Shown here one piece after another: positions 35,243 to 44,432 of a stretch of 53,713 nt of DNA (within the stretch, counting starts at the first letter, position 1; each line of letters starts with the position of its first letter). The stretch is from Campylobacterota bacterium. Lineage in GTDB: Bacteria; Campylobacterota; Campylobacteria; Campylobacterales; Sulfurimonadaceae. Below the pieces are notes generated by a model. The model was not told the DNA's origin. It did no database searches and was given only the letters and a program-made list of their open reading frames with translations. Location of the stretch: assembly GCA_034659135.1 (NCBI GenBank), contig JAYEGP010000070.1, positions 1-53,713 on the forward strand, given 5' to 3'. The translations under genes were made by a program, and so were the position numbers.

Positions 35243-37128
35243 TAGCCTTGTTGTAATTCATCCGCCATCACGGCCAACTCTTCAACACCTTCACCAATAT
35301 GTGAAATGGTCTCAATAATTAATTCGCTAGCTTTTCGTGACTCCATCGCATTTCTTGCAGAGAGTTCCACTGCTTTTTGAATTTCACTTATTCCGATCAA
35401 TACCTGATTCATGCCTTCAAGGTTTTGGTCATTAATACTCTTTAATCCTGTAAAACGATCTAATAGATCGATAATCATTGTAGTAATGGTCTCAACATCT
35501 TGAACCAAACGATCGATCTGATGGCGTTCGCTTCCCTGTCCACCTAAAAGCTTTAACCAATCCGTACGAACCATGTCAATTTCTGAGTTCATCGATTCAA
35601 TAGTATCATTAATCTTATCGGTATTCTCTTCTGAGTCTTTTGCTAAGTTTCTAATATCTGCACTGACCACAGCAAAACCTTTTCCAAAGTCCCCTGCTCT
35701 TGCCGCTTCAATAGATCCACTAATAGCCAACATATTAAGTTGAATAATAGAATTAGAGATATTACCTACGGTTTTATCAACATTTCGTGTCTCTTTAACA
35801 ATAATTTCAAGCTCACCACCTGCCGTATTACCTTCATTAATAGAGTTTTCAAAGGCTTGTGCAATACCCTTAAGCTCACTACGAACTTCAGTAAAAGAGA
35901 TCTTCAACAGATCGAAATTACGTCGACCAATTTCAATTAAGGCATTGATATCTTTTGAGGCTTCTAAGCCTTCTTCAACTAACTCTTTATTAGACAAAAC
36001 ACTTTGATTCGTTGTGTTAGAGCTTGACTCAATGAGATTAAGCGCATCATTAACCTCTTCAAGTGAACTCTGGATATCTTCCATTGAGCCGCCAATCGTG
36101 TCCGCTGATGTTGCAATCTCTTCTGCTGATTTCATCGTATCAGTTGAAAATTTCAGCTCTTCAGCCAAATCACTCAACTCTTTAATATCATCTTCTGTCT
36201 GAGCTAATGCACTTGATTGAATCTCAATACCATCTAAGGTGCGTTCAACCGAATGTGCAATGTCTTGAGATGCTTTAGCAATATCAGAACTTCCATCATT
36301 AATACTTGAAATAACATTGGCAAGACTTTGAGTAAAATTGTTCATATTACGAGCAGCTTCAACGGTAAAGGTCGCTATTTTAGTTAACTCTTCCATTTTT
36401 TGACTTAGCGTGGTACCTTGATTTCCTGTAACTTCAATAATACCTGTTGTATCTACAATACTTTTAATAATATTGTCAATACTGCCTTGAATCTTATTAA
36501 CAAGGTCTGAGATAAACTCTGCATTTTTTTCGCTCTCTCCAGCAAGTGCACGTGTCTCATCAGCAACCACTGCAAAACCTTTACCATGCTCTTTAGCGCG
36601 ACTTGCTTCAATAGCAGCATTAAGGGCTAGAAGATTCGTTTGATCAGCAATTTTTGCAATAAACCCTACAGCTTCACCAATATTTCCAGAAGACGCCTTA
36701 AGCTCTTCACTCTTCGTAGATGACTGCTTCGCTACCTCAACAGACTCATTCATCCGATCTACAGAGATATTGATAGTATCAACAGCTTTCATGACATTAT
36801 CACCGGTTGAGAGTGTTGATGAGATTACGGTATCAATGCTATTTCCCATACGAGAGATATTTGAATCAATGCCCTTAACATTTTTAAGGGCTTGTTCACT
36901 TGCACCACTATTTTCTTCAGCAGCCGTAGCAATCTGCTCCATAGAAGATTTTAACTGCTCAATCGCACTAACACTCTCTTGAGCATTATCTAAGATGGTC
37001 GTTGCAACTCCAGCAATACTTTCTGAAATCTGTTGCTGTTTTGCTAATGTGCGTTGACGTCGTTTGTCACCTGTCTGTCCTGAAACTACTGCAGCGCTTG
37101 ATCCGCCACCTTTTTTGACTAAAGCCAT
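35242..37128 (-). CDS. Soluble methyl-accepting chemotaxis protein with two signalling (MA) hairpin-tip motifs (DosM-like)
   Basis: 628 aa with no hydrophobic TM segment. Tip 1 is [36 protein letters not shown] (about nt 36544-36648). Tip 2 is [36 protein letters not shown] (about nt 35641-35700). Confidence 0.85.
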   Translation of the reverse strand: MALVKKGGGSSAAVVSGQTGDKRRQRTLAKQQQISESIAGVATTILDNAQESVSAIEQLKSSMEQIATAAEENSGASEQALKNVKGIDSNISRMGNSIDTVISSTLSTGDNVMKAVDTINISVDRMNESVEVAKQSSTKSEELKASSGNIGEAVGFIAKIADQTNLLALNAAIEASRAKEHGKGFAVVADETRALAGESEKNAEFISDLVNKIQGSIDNIIKSIVDTTGIIEVTGNQGTTLSQKMEELTKIATFTVEAARNMNNFTQSLANVISSINDGSSDIAKASQDIAHSVERTLDGIEIQSSALAQTEDDIKELSDLAEELKFSTDTMKSAEEIATSADTIGGSMEDIQSSLEEVNDALNLIESSSNTTNQSVLSNKELVEEGLEASKDINALIEIGRRNFDLLKISFTEVRSELKGIAQAFENSINEGNTAGGELEIIVKETRNVDKTVGNISNSIIQLNMLAISGSIEAARAGDFGKGFAVVSADIRNLAKDSEENTDKINDTIESMNSEIDMVRTDWLKLLGGQGSERHQIDRLVQDVETITTMIIDLLDRFTGLKSINDQNLEGMNQVLIGISEIQKAVELSARNAMESRKASELIIETISHIGEGVEELAVMADELQQG

Positions 37129-37142
37129 ATCACTACTCCCTC

Positions 37143-37583
37143 TTAATCTAATGTTGCGTAAAGCTCTTGAGCTTTTTTAATATCTTCACGTGATGGTTTC
37201 ACACGAATAGAAACATATTTGACAGCACCATTAGCATCAGTTGAGCGTAAAACAGTAGCATGCACCCAATAGTAACCACCACCTTTACGAGCATTTTTAA
37301 CATATCCTGTCCAGAAACCTTTACTTTGAACATCATCCCAAAGTGATTTAAAAGCCGCACGAGGCATTTCAGAATGACGTACAACATTATGAGGTTGTCC
37401 CATCAAATCTGCTTTTGTCATATTCGCTACTTTATAGAAAGAGTCACTAGCATAAGTGACAATCCCTTTATCATCTGTCTCAGATAAAAGATAGAGATCA
37501 TCATATAAGACTTCTCCATCTTCTAAAAAAGTTAGCCCTTTGGTACTGATTGCATTATCTTCTGCTGACATCGCTTCCTCCAA
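37143..37583 (-). CDS. Stand-alone Aer/CetB-like PAS domain protein (probable FAD-type redox sensor)
   Basis: 146 aa. [52 protein letters not shown] closely parallels the E. coli Aer PAS core (HNMVRHPDMP..F.DMW..G.PW.G.VKNRRKNG..YWV). Confidence 0.8.
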   Translation of the reverse strand: MEEAMSAEDNAISTKGLTFLEDGEVLYDDLYLLSETDDKGIVTYASDSFYKVANMTKADLMGQPHNVVRHSEMPRAAFKSLWDDVQSKGFWTGYVKNARKGGGYYWVHATVLRSTDANGAVKYVSIRVKPSREDIKKAQELYATLD

Positions 37584-37701
37584 TCAAATAACTTGAATGA
37601 GCATAGAGTACCTTGATAAGTCTAAAAGAATATTAAAAGATAAAAGAAATGTATTTAAAAATTATATATTTGTGATATTTAGGGAGTTTTAGAGGGATAA
37701 T

Positions 37702-37721
37702 CCTGGTTTAATAAAACCAGG
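37702..37721 (-). terminator. Hairpin downstream of rpsO (CCTGGTTT-AATA-AAACCAGG)
   Basis: 8-bp perfect stem, 17 nt past the rpsO stop. There is no clear U-tract, so terminator function is tentative. Confidence 0.35.
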
Positions 37722-37738
37722 GTTAAAGAGAATTGTAA

Positions 37739-38014
37739 TTAAATATTATCTCTGATTGAAAGTGCTTCAATGAGTGTTTTATAGCTATCTTTGTTTGTGC
37801 GTTTCAAATAACGCATCAAACGACGACGCTGACCAACAAGCTTGAGAAGACCAAGACGAGATGCGTGATCTTTTTTATGCATTTTCAGATGCTCTGTTAA
37901 CTCTGTAATACGAGTAGATATTAATGCAATTTGAACTTCACTTGAACCTGTATCTGTTTCGTTACGCCCGAACTGCTTAACTACTTCTTCTTTTTTCGCC
38001 GTATCTAAAGCCAT
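37739..38014 (-). CDS. rpsO: 30S ribosomal protein S15
   Basis: 91 aa. GSSEVQIALISTRITELTEHLKMHKKDHASRLGLLKLVGQRRRLMRYL. Confidence 0.95.
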   Translation of the reverse strand: MALDTAKKEEVVKQFGRNETDTGSSEVQIALISTRITELTEHLKMHKKDHASRLGLLKLVGQRRRLMRYLKRTNKDSYKTLIEALSIRDNI

Positions 38015-38136
38015 AATGACCTCCTGATGGGTATATTAAATTTCATTTCAAGCTTACACTTAAAATGTTGAGGCGGAATTATATCTAAAAAACTTTAAGT
38101 TTTTACTCTATTTTTTTTAAGCAAAGAAACTTAGAC

Positions 38137-38142
38137 TATAAT
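38137..38142 (+). promoter_or_regulatory. Putative -10 box (TATAAT) for rrf2-flhA
   Basis: TATAAT preceded by a T-rich tract. It is 32 nt upstream of the ATG at 38174. The iterated palindrome lies between this box and the start codon. Confidence 0.3.
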
Positions 38143-38154
38143 ACCTTTTAAATC

Positions 38155-38164
38155 TTACATGTAA
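38155..38164. repeat. Iterated palindrome TTACATGTAA (exact)
   Basis: Intergenic, between the putative -10 box and the rrf2 ATG (9 nt upstream of the ATG). Confidence 0.95.
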
Positions 38165-38173
38165 AGAAACACA

Positions 38174-38578
38174 ATGTTACTAACTCGTGCTAGTGAATAC
38201 GCACTTTTATCACTGATTGTATTAGCAAAATCTGAAAAACCTCTTGATGCCGAAACCCTATCCAAAGAGCTTGATATCTCAAAAAGCTTTCTTGCAAAGA
38301 TCCTCCAGGCTTTAGCTAGGGTAGATATTATTAGCTCCTTTAAAGGAGTTAAAGGTGGATTTGCACTCAATGAAACTTCACTGACCCGTACAATTCTAGA
38401 GATTATGTGTGCCGCTGAAGGAAAGACTCCCGCAGTCTTTGATTGTTCACCATCTAAGGAGAGTTGTCCCTCAGATAATGCCTCTACATGTAAAATCTGG
38501 CCCCTTATCAATAGACTTCAAGGTAAAATTGACGGATTTTTAGGTACCCTTACTCTTCAAGATATATTAGAAGAGTAG
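38174..38578 (+). CDS. Rrf2-family transcriptional regulator with a Cys cluster
   Basis: 134 aa. MLLTRASEYALLSLIVLA..LSKELDISKSFLAKILQALARVDIISSFKGVKGGFAL, and a C-terminal C..C......C.......C. Campylobacter-type rpsO-rrf2-flhA synteny. Confidence 0.85.
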   Translation: MLLTRASEYALLSLIVLAKSEKPLDAETLSKELDISKSFLAKILQALARVDIISSFKGVKGGFALNETSLTRTILEIMCAAEGKTPAVFDCSPSKESCPSDNASTCKIWPLINRLQGKIDGFLGTLTLQDILEE

Positions 38579-38584
38579 GTATCG

Positions 38585-40777
38585 GTGGCGAAGGCAAAAA
38601 GTACAAAACAACAATTTAATACGATACTCGCACAGCTATTTAAATCACGCGACCTTGGTGTTGTGTTTTTTGTTATGGCTATTTTGGGCATTATTATTGT
38701 CCCACTCCCAAGTGCTCTACTTGATCTGATGCTCACTGTCTCTATTGCGATGGCAGTGCTTGTATTACTCATATCACTCTATATTCCTAAACCAACTGAT
38801 TTGACTACCTTTCCAACGCTCTTATTAATCTTAACACTCTTTAGGCTCTCTCTAAATGTTGCCACGACGAGGATGATTCTTAGTCATGGAAACGAAGGGC
38901 CTGAAGCCGTTAGTGACATTATTAGTAGTTTTGGTAGTTTTGTTGTCGGCGGTAATTATGTCATCGGTATTATCGTCTTCTCCATCTTGGTCTTAATTAA
39001 CTTTATGGTTATTACCAAGGGTTCAACACGGGTTGCTGAAGTTGCTGCACGTTTTACACTTGATGCAATGCCGGGGAAACAGATGGCCATAGATGCCGAT
39101 CTCAATGCCGGTCTTATCGAAGAGTCCGAAGCCAAAGAACGTCGTGCAGAGATCTTACAAAATGCTAACTTTTACGGCGCAATGGACGGTTCGAGTAAAT
39201 TTATTAAAGGTGATGCGGTCGCGGGAATTATCATTACCCTCATCAATATTATCGGTGGTTTTCTTATTGGAGTCTTTCAATTTGATCTTGATGTCAGCAC
39301 CAGTGCTTCAACCTATACAATATTAACGATTGGTGATGGGTTGGTTTCTCAGATTCCAGCGCTTATTATTTCAACATCAACCGGTATTATGATCACACGC
39401 TCTTCAAGTGATGGTACCAATTTTGCCGAAGGTACGATCTCCCAACTGATGGGAAATGCCCGTACCATGATGATTGTCGGATTTATTATGATTATGTTTG
39501 CATTGGTTCCAGGACTACCAACACTTTCAATGGGTTTTGTAGGATTCATTTTTGCCGGCTTGGGTTATGCATTGCATAGATATAATCAAGGTGATCTCAA
39601 CATTTTTAATGAATCAGATACTAAGGCGCCTCATAAGGCTGATGGAACTCCTGCAAAACCAGGTGCAGCTGCAGCGGGTACGCCTGGAACAACTGCTCCT
39701 AAAAAATCTCAAGAACAGATTGCCCAAGAAGAAGAGGCTGCTCTTGATGATATTTTAAAAGTAGAGATGATTGAACTGACCTTAGGTTATCAGCTCATTC
39801 GACTCGCTGATGCTGCTCAAGGTGGAGACCTCTTAGAGCGTATCCGTTCGATGCGTCGTAAAATCGCTTCTGACTTTGGGTTTTTAATGCCACAGGTTCG
39901 TATTCGAGATAACCTTCATCTCAAAGCAGATCAATATCAGATCCTGCTAAAAGGTGTCGCTATAGGTGATGGTAATATTCAGCCTGATCGTTTTTTAGCC
40001 ATGGACAGCGGTATGGCGACAGGCGACCTTCCAGGAGAGCCGACCAAAGAGCCTGCATTTGGTCTTGATGCCTTATGGATCTCACCTGAGAATAAAGAAG
40101 ATGCCATCATGTATGGCTACACTGTTGTCGATCCAGCAACCGTCATTTCTACTCATATCAGTGAACTTATCAAACAACACGCTGAAGAGATGTTAACCCG
40201 TCAAGAGACACAGATGCTTCTTGATAAAATTAAAAATGACTATCCTGTTGTCATTGATGATCTCTTAAAAGTCGCCAATATTGGTCTTATTCAGAGGGTC
40301 TTTAAAGCCCTCTTGCATGAGAAAATTCCACTTACCGATATGCTCACTATTTTAGAAACAATGGCCGATATCGCAGAATATACTAAAAATGTTGAACTGA
40401 TCACCGAGCAAGTACGTGCGAAGCTTTCTCGTGTTATTACCCACCTTTATAGTGGACAAGATGGCGTTATCAAGCTCTTAACCTTCGATACCGCTACAGA
40501 GCAGAAGATGCTTGATAAATCACAAGAACAAGATGGTATTCGCAATCTCTTGCTTAATGTAGGTGAGATCAATAAACTCATACAAGCTACAAGTGAAAAA
40601 GCGACCGAACTCTTGCAAAAAGGGGTCTCTCCCATTATCATCATTGTTGATCCACAACTGCGCCGTCCTCTCTCTGAGATCTATGAACGTTTCAGCCTTG
40701 ATGTCGTTACACTCTCTCATGCAGAGATTGATACCAGTGCCAAATTTGAAGTCTTAGGATCAATCAGCATTGATTAA
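38585..40777 (+). CDS. flhA: Flagellar export apparatus protein FlhA
   Basis: 730 aa, GTG start. FPTLLLILTLFRLSLNVATTRMIL, MPGKQMAIDADLNAG and the full cytoplasmic domain. Confidence 0.95.
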   Translation: MAKAKSTKQQFNTILAQLFKSRDLGVVFFVMAILGIIIVPLPSALLDLMLTVSIAMAVLVLLISLYIPKPTDLTTFPTLLLILTLFRLSLNVATTRMILSHGNEGPEAVSDIISSFGSFVVGGNYVIGIIVFSILVLINFMVITKGSTRVAEVAARFTLDAMPGKQMAIDADLNAGLIEESEAKERRAEILQNANFYGAMDGSSKFIKGDAVAGIIITLINIIGGFLIGVFQFDLDVSTSASTYTILTIGDGLVSQIPALIISTSTGIMITRSSSDGTNFAEGTISQLMGNARTMMIVGFIMIMFALVPGLPTLSMGFVGFIFAGLGYALHRYNQGDLNIFNESDTKAPHKADGTPAKPGAAAAGTPGTTAPKKSQEQIAQEEEAALDDILKVEMIELTLGYQLIRLADAAQGGDLLERIRSMRRKIASDFGFLMPQVRIRDNLHLKADQYQILLKGVAIGDGNIQPDRFLAMDSGMATGDLPGEPTKEPAFGLDALWISPENKEDAIMYGYTVVDPATVISTHISELIKQHAEEMLTRQETQMLLDKIKNDYPVVIDDLLKVANIGLIQRVFKALLHEKIPLTDMLTILETMADIAEYTKNVELITEQVRAKLSRVITHLYSGQDGVIKLLTFDTATEQKMLDKSQEQDGIRNLLLNVGEINKLIQATSEKATELLQKGVSPIIIIVDPQLRRPLSEIYERFSLDVVTLSHAEIDTSAKFEVLGSISID

Positions 40778-40810
40778 TCTTTACATTAATAAGCTATTTA
40801 AAGGAAAAAA

Positions 40811-41881
40811 ATGAAAACTATTCATCACCTATCTCATATTGACCTTGACGGTTATAGCTGTCAACTTGTTATGCAATCCACACCCTATACCATCTACTCT
40901 TATAATGCCAACTATGGTGCAGAGGTAATCGAACGTCTTAATCAAATTATTGAAGCCATTACTAAAAGTAGTGACGATGCTTTGATACTTATCACTGATT
41001 TAAACCTTTATCCTGATGAGGCAAAATCTTTAGATCAACGTGTTAAAAAACTTAATGACAGCGGACGAAATATTACGATACAACTTCTTGATCATCACGG
41101 CAGTGGTGCGAAGACTGCTGCGCAGTATGAGTGGTATTTTCTCGATACCGATCGCAGTGCGACTAAAATTACTTACGACTATGCAAAAGAGCATTTTGAG
41201 TTTTTGGAGCCATCATGGATGAACGCCTATGTTGATGTAGTTAATGCCGTTGATCTTTGGATTCAGAGCGAACATGACAATTTTGAATATGGTAAAGTCT
41301 GTATGCGTCTTGTGAATGAAACACGTGAACTAAACCGCACAATTTTTTCAGGCGAAGATCGTCATTATAAACTCTCACTCTTAGCCCAAGCCGCTGAGAT
41401 GCTAAGCCTAGAAGATGCCAATATCAAACTCGATGAAAAGATTCATCTCATGAAAAAAGCCTATTTTAAAGAAGATCAGAATGACACACTTGACAACTTA
41501 TCAACAAAACGAATCGTTGCGCTTCTTGGAGAAAAACGTAGTGAAATGACTATTTATTACAAAGGCTACAGAGGATTTTTAAGTTACGCGATTGGAAATA
41601 CTTCTATCATTGGGAATGGTTTTTTAACGACCTTTCCTGAATATGACTTTATTCTTGATATTGGCCCGCGTGGTACCATGAGTTTTCGAGCTAATAATAG
41701 AGTTGATGTTGCTATGATTTCCAAAGAGTGGGCAAATGGAGGAGGACACCCCAATGCTGCTGGTGGACGAATTCAAGGATTTAAAGAGCAATTTCGTTAC
41801 GATAAAGTCAAAGAACAAATTCAAAATCTAATTGATAAAAAAGAGGCCATTGCTGGTGACTTAGAACCTAAATCATCTTAA
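40811..41881 (+). CDS. DHH/DHHA1-family phosphoesterase (NrnA-like)
   Basis: 356 aa. HIDLDGYSC, LLDHHGSG and GGGHPNAAGG. Confidence 0.8.
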   Translation: MKTIHHLSHIDLDGYSCQLVMQSTPYTIYSYNANYGAEVIERLNQIIEAITKSSDDALILITDLNLYPDEAKSLDQRVKKLNDSGRNITIQLLDHHGSGAKTAAQYEWYFLDTDRSATKITYDYAKEHFEFLEPSWMNAYVDVVNAVDLWIQSEHDNFEYGKVCMRLVNETRELNRTIFSGEDRHYKLSLLAQAAEMLSLEDANIKLDEKIHLMKKAYFKEDQNDTLDNLSTKRIVALLGEKRSEMTIYYKGYRGFLSYAIGNTSIIGNGFLTTFPEYDFILDIGPRGTMSFRANNRVDVAMISKEWANGGGHPNAAGGRIQGFKEQFRYDKVKEQIQNLIDKKEAIAGDLEPKSS

Positions 41882-41898
41882 GAATTTTAGAAGTCGCC

Positions 41899-41908
41899 TT
41901 ACATGTAA
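41899..41908. repeat. Iterated palindrome TTACATGTAA (exact)
   Basis: Left arm of the 28-bp palindrome between convergent genes. Confidence 0.95.
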
Positions 41909-41912
41909 AGCT

Positions 41913-41922
41913 TTACATGTAA
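41913..41922. repeat. Iterated palindrome TTACATGTAA (exact)
   Basis: Right arm of the 28-bp palindrome between convergent genes. Confidence 0.95.
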
Positions 41923-41928
41923 GGGATA

Positions 41929-43338
41929 TTATGGATTATTGATAAAATAACGCTCAATTCCTTCGGTAATACCAGTAGCCAAACGCTCTTGATATTTTTT
42001 ATTCACCATACGCTCTGCTTCTGTAGGATGCGATATAAAACCAATTTCAAGCAAAACTGCTGGCATTTGAGCCCCAACTAAAACCCAAAATGGCCCTTCA
42101 CGAACTCCATTATCTTTGATATCTTTATAATGCTTACGAAGATTTGAAAGTATCCCCTGCTGAAGATCAATAGCTAACTTATTTGAAGCAATAATCTTTT
42201 CACGGTTCATAAAATTCAGCAGATTATTTTTTCCAAAATAGTTCATATCTTCAATCTCTTTTGAATTTTCAATGGCAGCGACACGAGTAGCACGACTGCT
42301 TCGTGAACGTGATAGAAAATATGTCTCTATCCCTTTTGCTTTTAAAGCATTTTTCTTAGGTACGGAATTCGCATGAATAGAGATAAAAATATCTGCTTTT
42401 TTCTTATTAGCATACTGGGTTCGAGTACGTAATTTAATGAACTTATCTTTTGTTCGTGTTAAATAGACAGTAATACCATCTCTACGCAAGCGCTTTGCTA
42501 CAGCGTTAGCTACCTGCATGACTACAACTTTCTCTCTATACTTTTTATGTCCTACTGCTCCAGCATCTTTACCTCCATGTCCTGGGTCAATAACAACAAT
42601 TTTACCTTTTGGTATTGCCACGCTGTTTGGAGGTTTTTTTGTCGGTTTTGGCTTTTTAGACGTCACATGACTACTCTCTAAATGAGGAAAAACAATGAGT
42701 CTCTTCCCATCAAGCTTAAATCGTAAATTTAGTTTGTTCTCACTCTCAATGACAAAACGTAGCATATCGTTTTTCTTTTGAGCAATACGGATACGCTTAA
42801 GCTTTTTATGCTGAAGATGTATCGTACTGTTTTTTCTTGCATGAATATCAAAAATATATTTGAAACTTTTTTTCTTCTCATCAAGAAGCTTAAAAAAATT
42901 CACATCTGTGCTACGAAGTTTTTTATCAAACAGCAGTTCTAAGGTACCCTTTTTCCATTCTCCCTTTTTGAGTATGTTCTGATCTCTAATGGTAATTTTT
43001 TTTGCCGTAGCTGTTGAAGTACTCTTTTTTTGTGGTGTACTTTTAAGCGGTTTTTTTGCAGATTTTTTTAAAGTATTAAGCTCTTTTTGATATTGCGAAA
43101 TGTCAATATGCAGTTTTTTACCCGAAATGACAATACCCTGCAGCGCTTTTCGACGTTCGGTAAGATTAGCATGCATCATGGAACGTAGATAGACATTTTT
43201 ATAGTCATTATAAGCGCGAAAGACCTCTGTTTTTGAAGGACTCTTTGTCAATTTATCTGCGCGCTTTAAAATATCACTGTTATCTGCAGCTACAAGCAAG
43301 CTTACATGTAAAAGAAGGAGAAAGAAGAGGCGAAGCAA
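41929..43338 (-). CDS. N-acetylmuramoyl-L-alanine amidase (AmiA/AmiC type) with a signal peptide and a Lys-rich linker
   Basis: 469 aa. VVIDPGHGGKDAGAVG, FISIHANS, and ETYFLS. Confidence 0.85.
   Translation of the reverse strand: MLRLFFLLLLHVSLLVAADNSDILKRADKLTKSPSKTEVFRAYNDYKNVYLRSMMHANLTERRKALQGIVISGKKLHIDISQYQKELNTLKKSAKKPLKSTPQKKSTSTATAKKITIRDQNILKKGEWKKGTLELLFDKKLRSTDVNFFKLLDEKKKSFKYIFDIHARKNSTIHLQHKKLKRIRIAQKKNDMLRFVIESENKLNLRFKLDGKRLIVFPHLESSHVTSKKPKPTKKPPNSVAIPKGKIVVIDPGHGGKDAGAVGHKKYREKVVVMQVANAVAKRLRRDGITVYLTRTKDKFIKLRTRTQYANKKKADIFISIHANSVPKKNALKAKGIETYFLSRSRSSRATRVAAIENSKEIEDMNYFGKNNLLNFMNREKIIASNKLAIDLQQGILSNLRKHYKDIKDNGVREGPFWVLVGAQMPAVLLEIGFISHPTEAERMVNKKYQERLATGITEGIERYFINNP
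43302..43311. repeat. Iterated palindrome TTACATGTAA (exact)
   Basis: Inside the amidase signal-peptide region, read as L-H-V. The flank gives CTTACATGTAA. Confidence 0.95.
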
Positions 43339-43340
43339 AT

Positions 43341-44432
43341 TTATTCGCCTGTTGTTAACTTTTGCATCAACTCTTTCACAGAAATCAGCTCATCAAGACG
43401 GTATCCATTGCTTCCTGAAAAGAAGAGCCCAAACTCTAAGTTTCCTTCATAGGCATCACTAAGACGATCGGCGATACAAAAACCAACTTCTTTAGCTTCA
43501 ACACCACGATTACAAGGTGCCACACAGTTAGAGATACACTTAATATCTGGACCCGTTCGCGTTTCAATAAGCTCAAACAGATTGGTATTAACACCACGAG
43601 CAGGATAGCCTACAGGTGATTTCATGAGTTGAATTTCTTCTTCTTTAGCACCAATAAGAACCTTTTTAAAGTTCTCATGAGCATCACACTCGTGAGTACC
43701 AATAAAACGTGTTCCCATCTGAACACCAGCCGCGCCAAGAGCAATCATCGCATCGATATCATTTTTATCCCAAACACCACCCGCAGCAAATACAGGCATA
43801 CCACCCCATAATGCAGCTTCTTCTACAACAGGTTTGACAAGGTGTTCAAGCTGATACTCATCCATACCACACTGCTCATAAGTAAAACCTTGATGACCCC
43901 CACTTTTTGGTCCTTCTAAAATAACCGCATCAGGAAGACGATCGTAACGTTTTTGCCACCGTTTACAGATAATTTTAAGTGCTTTAGGCGTTGAGACAAT
44001 AGGCACCAAGGCAACATCAGGATAATCCGCTGTGAATTCTGGCATATTGGTAGGAAGACCTGCACCCGTGATAATGACATTGGCACCTGCTTCACAAGCA
44101 TCAGTAACCACACGACCATAATCATTAATGGCATACAGAACATTACACGCTAAAGGTTTGTCACCGCAGACCTTACGTGCATTTTCAAAAATCTTAATCA
44201 AACCTTCTTTAGAGTAAAAATTCAAAGCATCCAAAGGACGATCTGCTACGAGTTTATTGGCATAGGCCTTATTCTCATAATAACCTGTTCCCACACTACT
44301 GATAACACCAAGGCCCCCTTCAAGAGAAACATGTCCAGCAAGTTGATCCCAGCTGATTCCGACACCCATCCCACCTTGAACAATAGGTACTTCAATGATG
44401 TGTTTACCAATTTTTACTGCTTTATAACTCAT
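43341..44432 (-). CDS. Nitronate monooxygenase / FabK-like FMN oxidoreductase family protein
   Basis: 363 aa. [16 protein letters not shown] and AAGGVWD. Confidence 0.75.
   Translation of the reverse strand: MSYKAVKIGKHIIEVPIVQGGMGVGISWDQLAGHVSLEGGLGVISSVGTGYYENKAYANKLVADRPLDALNFYSKEGLIKIFENARKVCGDKPLACNVLYAINDYGRVVTDACEAGANVIITGAGLPTNMPEFTADYPDVALVPIVSTPKALKIICKRWQKRYDRLPDAVILEGPKSGGHQGFTYEQCGMDEYQLEHLVKPVVEEAALWGGMPVFAAGGVWDKNDIDAMIALGAAGVQMGTRFIGTHECDAHENFKKVLIGAKEEEIQLMKSPVGYPARGVNTNLFELIETRTGPDIKCISNCVAPCNRGVEAKEVGFCIADRLSDAYEGNLEFGLFFSGSNGYRLDELISVKELMQKLTTGE

Larger units (their letters stand above)
41897..41924. terminator. Perfect 28-bp palindrome CCTTACATGTAAAGCTTTACATGTAAGG between convergent genes (candidate bidirectional terminator)
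   Basis: Self-complementarity was verified by hand. It would form a hairpin with a 12-bp stem and an AGCT loop. It contains two copies of the iterated decamer. It lies 16 nt after the DHH stop and 5 nt after the amidase stop. No U-tracts. Confidence 0.45.

Noticed and set aside
37584-37700. Sigma-54 type promoter upstream of the PAS gene (GGTACTCTATGC on the minus strand)
   Set aside because: The GG to GC spacing is 10 nt rather than the required 12. There is no TGGCAC/TTGCA context.
41931-41942. ATG 8 nt after the motif at 41913 (ATG GAT TAT TGA)
   Set aside because: It is a 3-codon ORF overlapping the amidase 3' end on the opposite strand. The spacing resemblance to real starts is probably coincidental.
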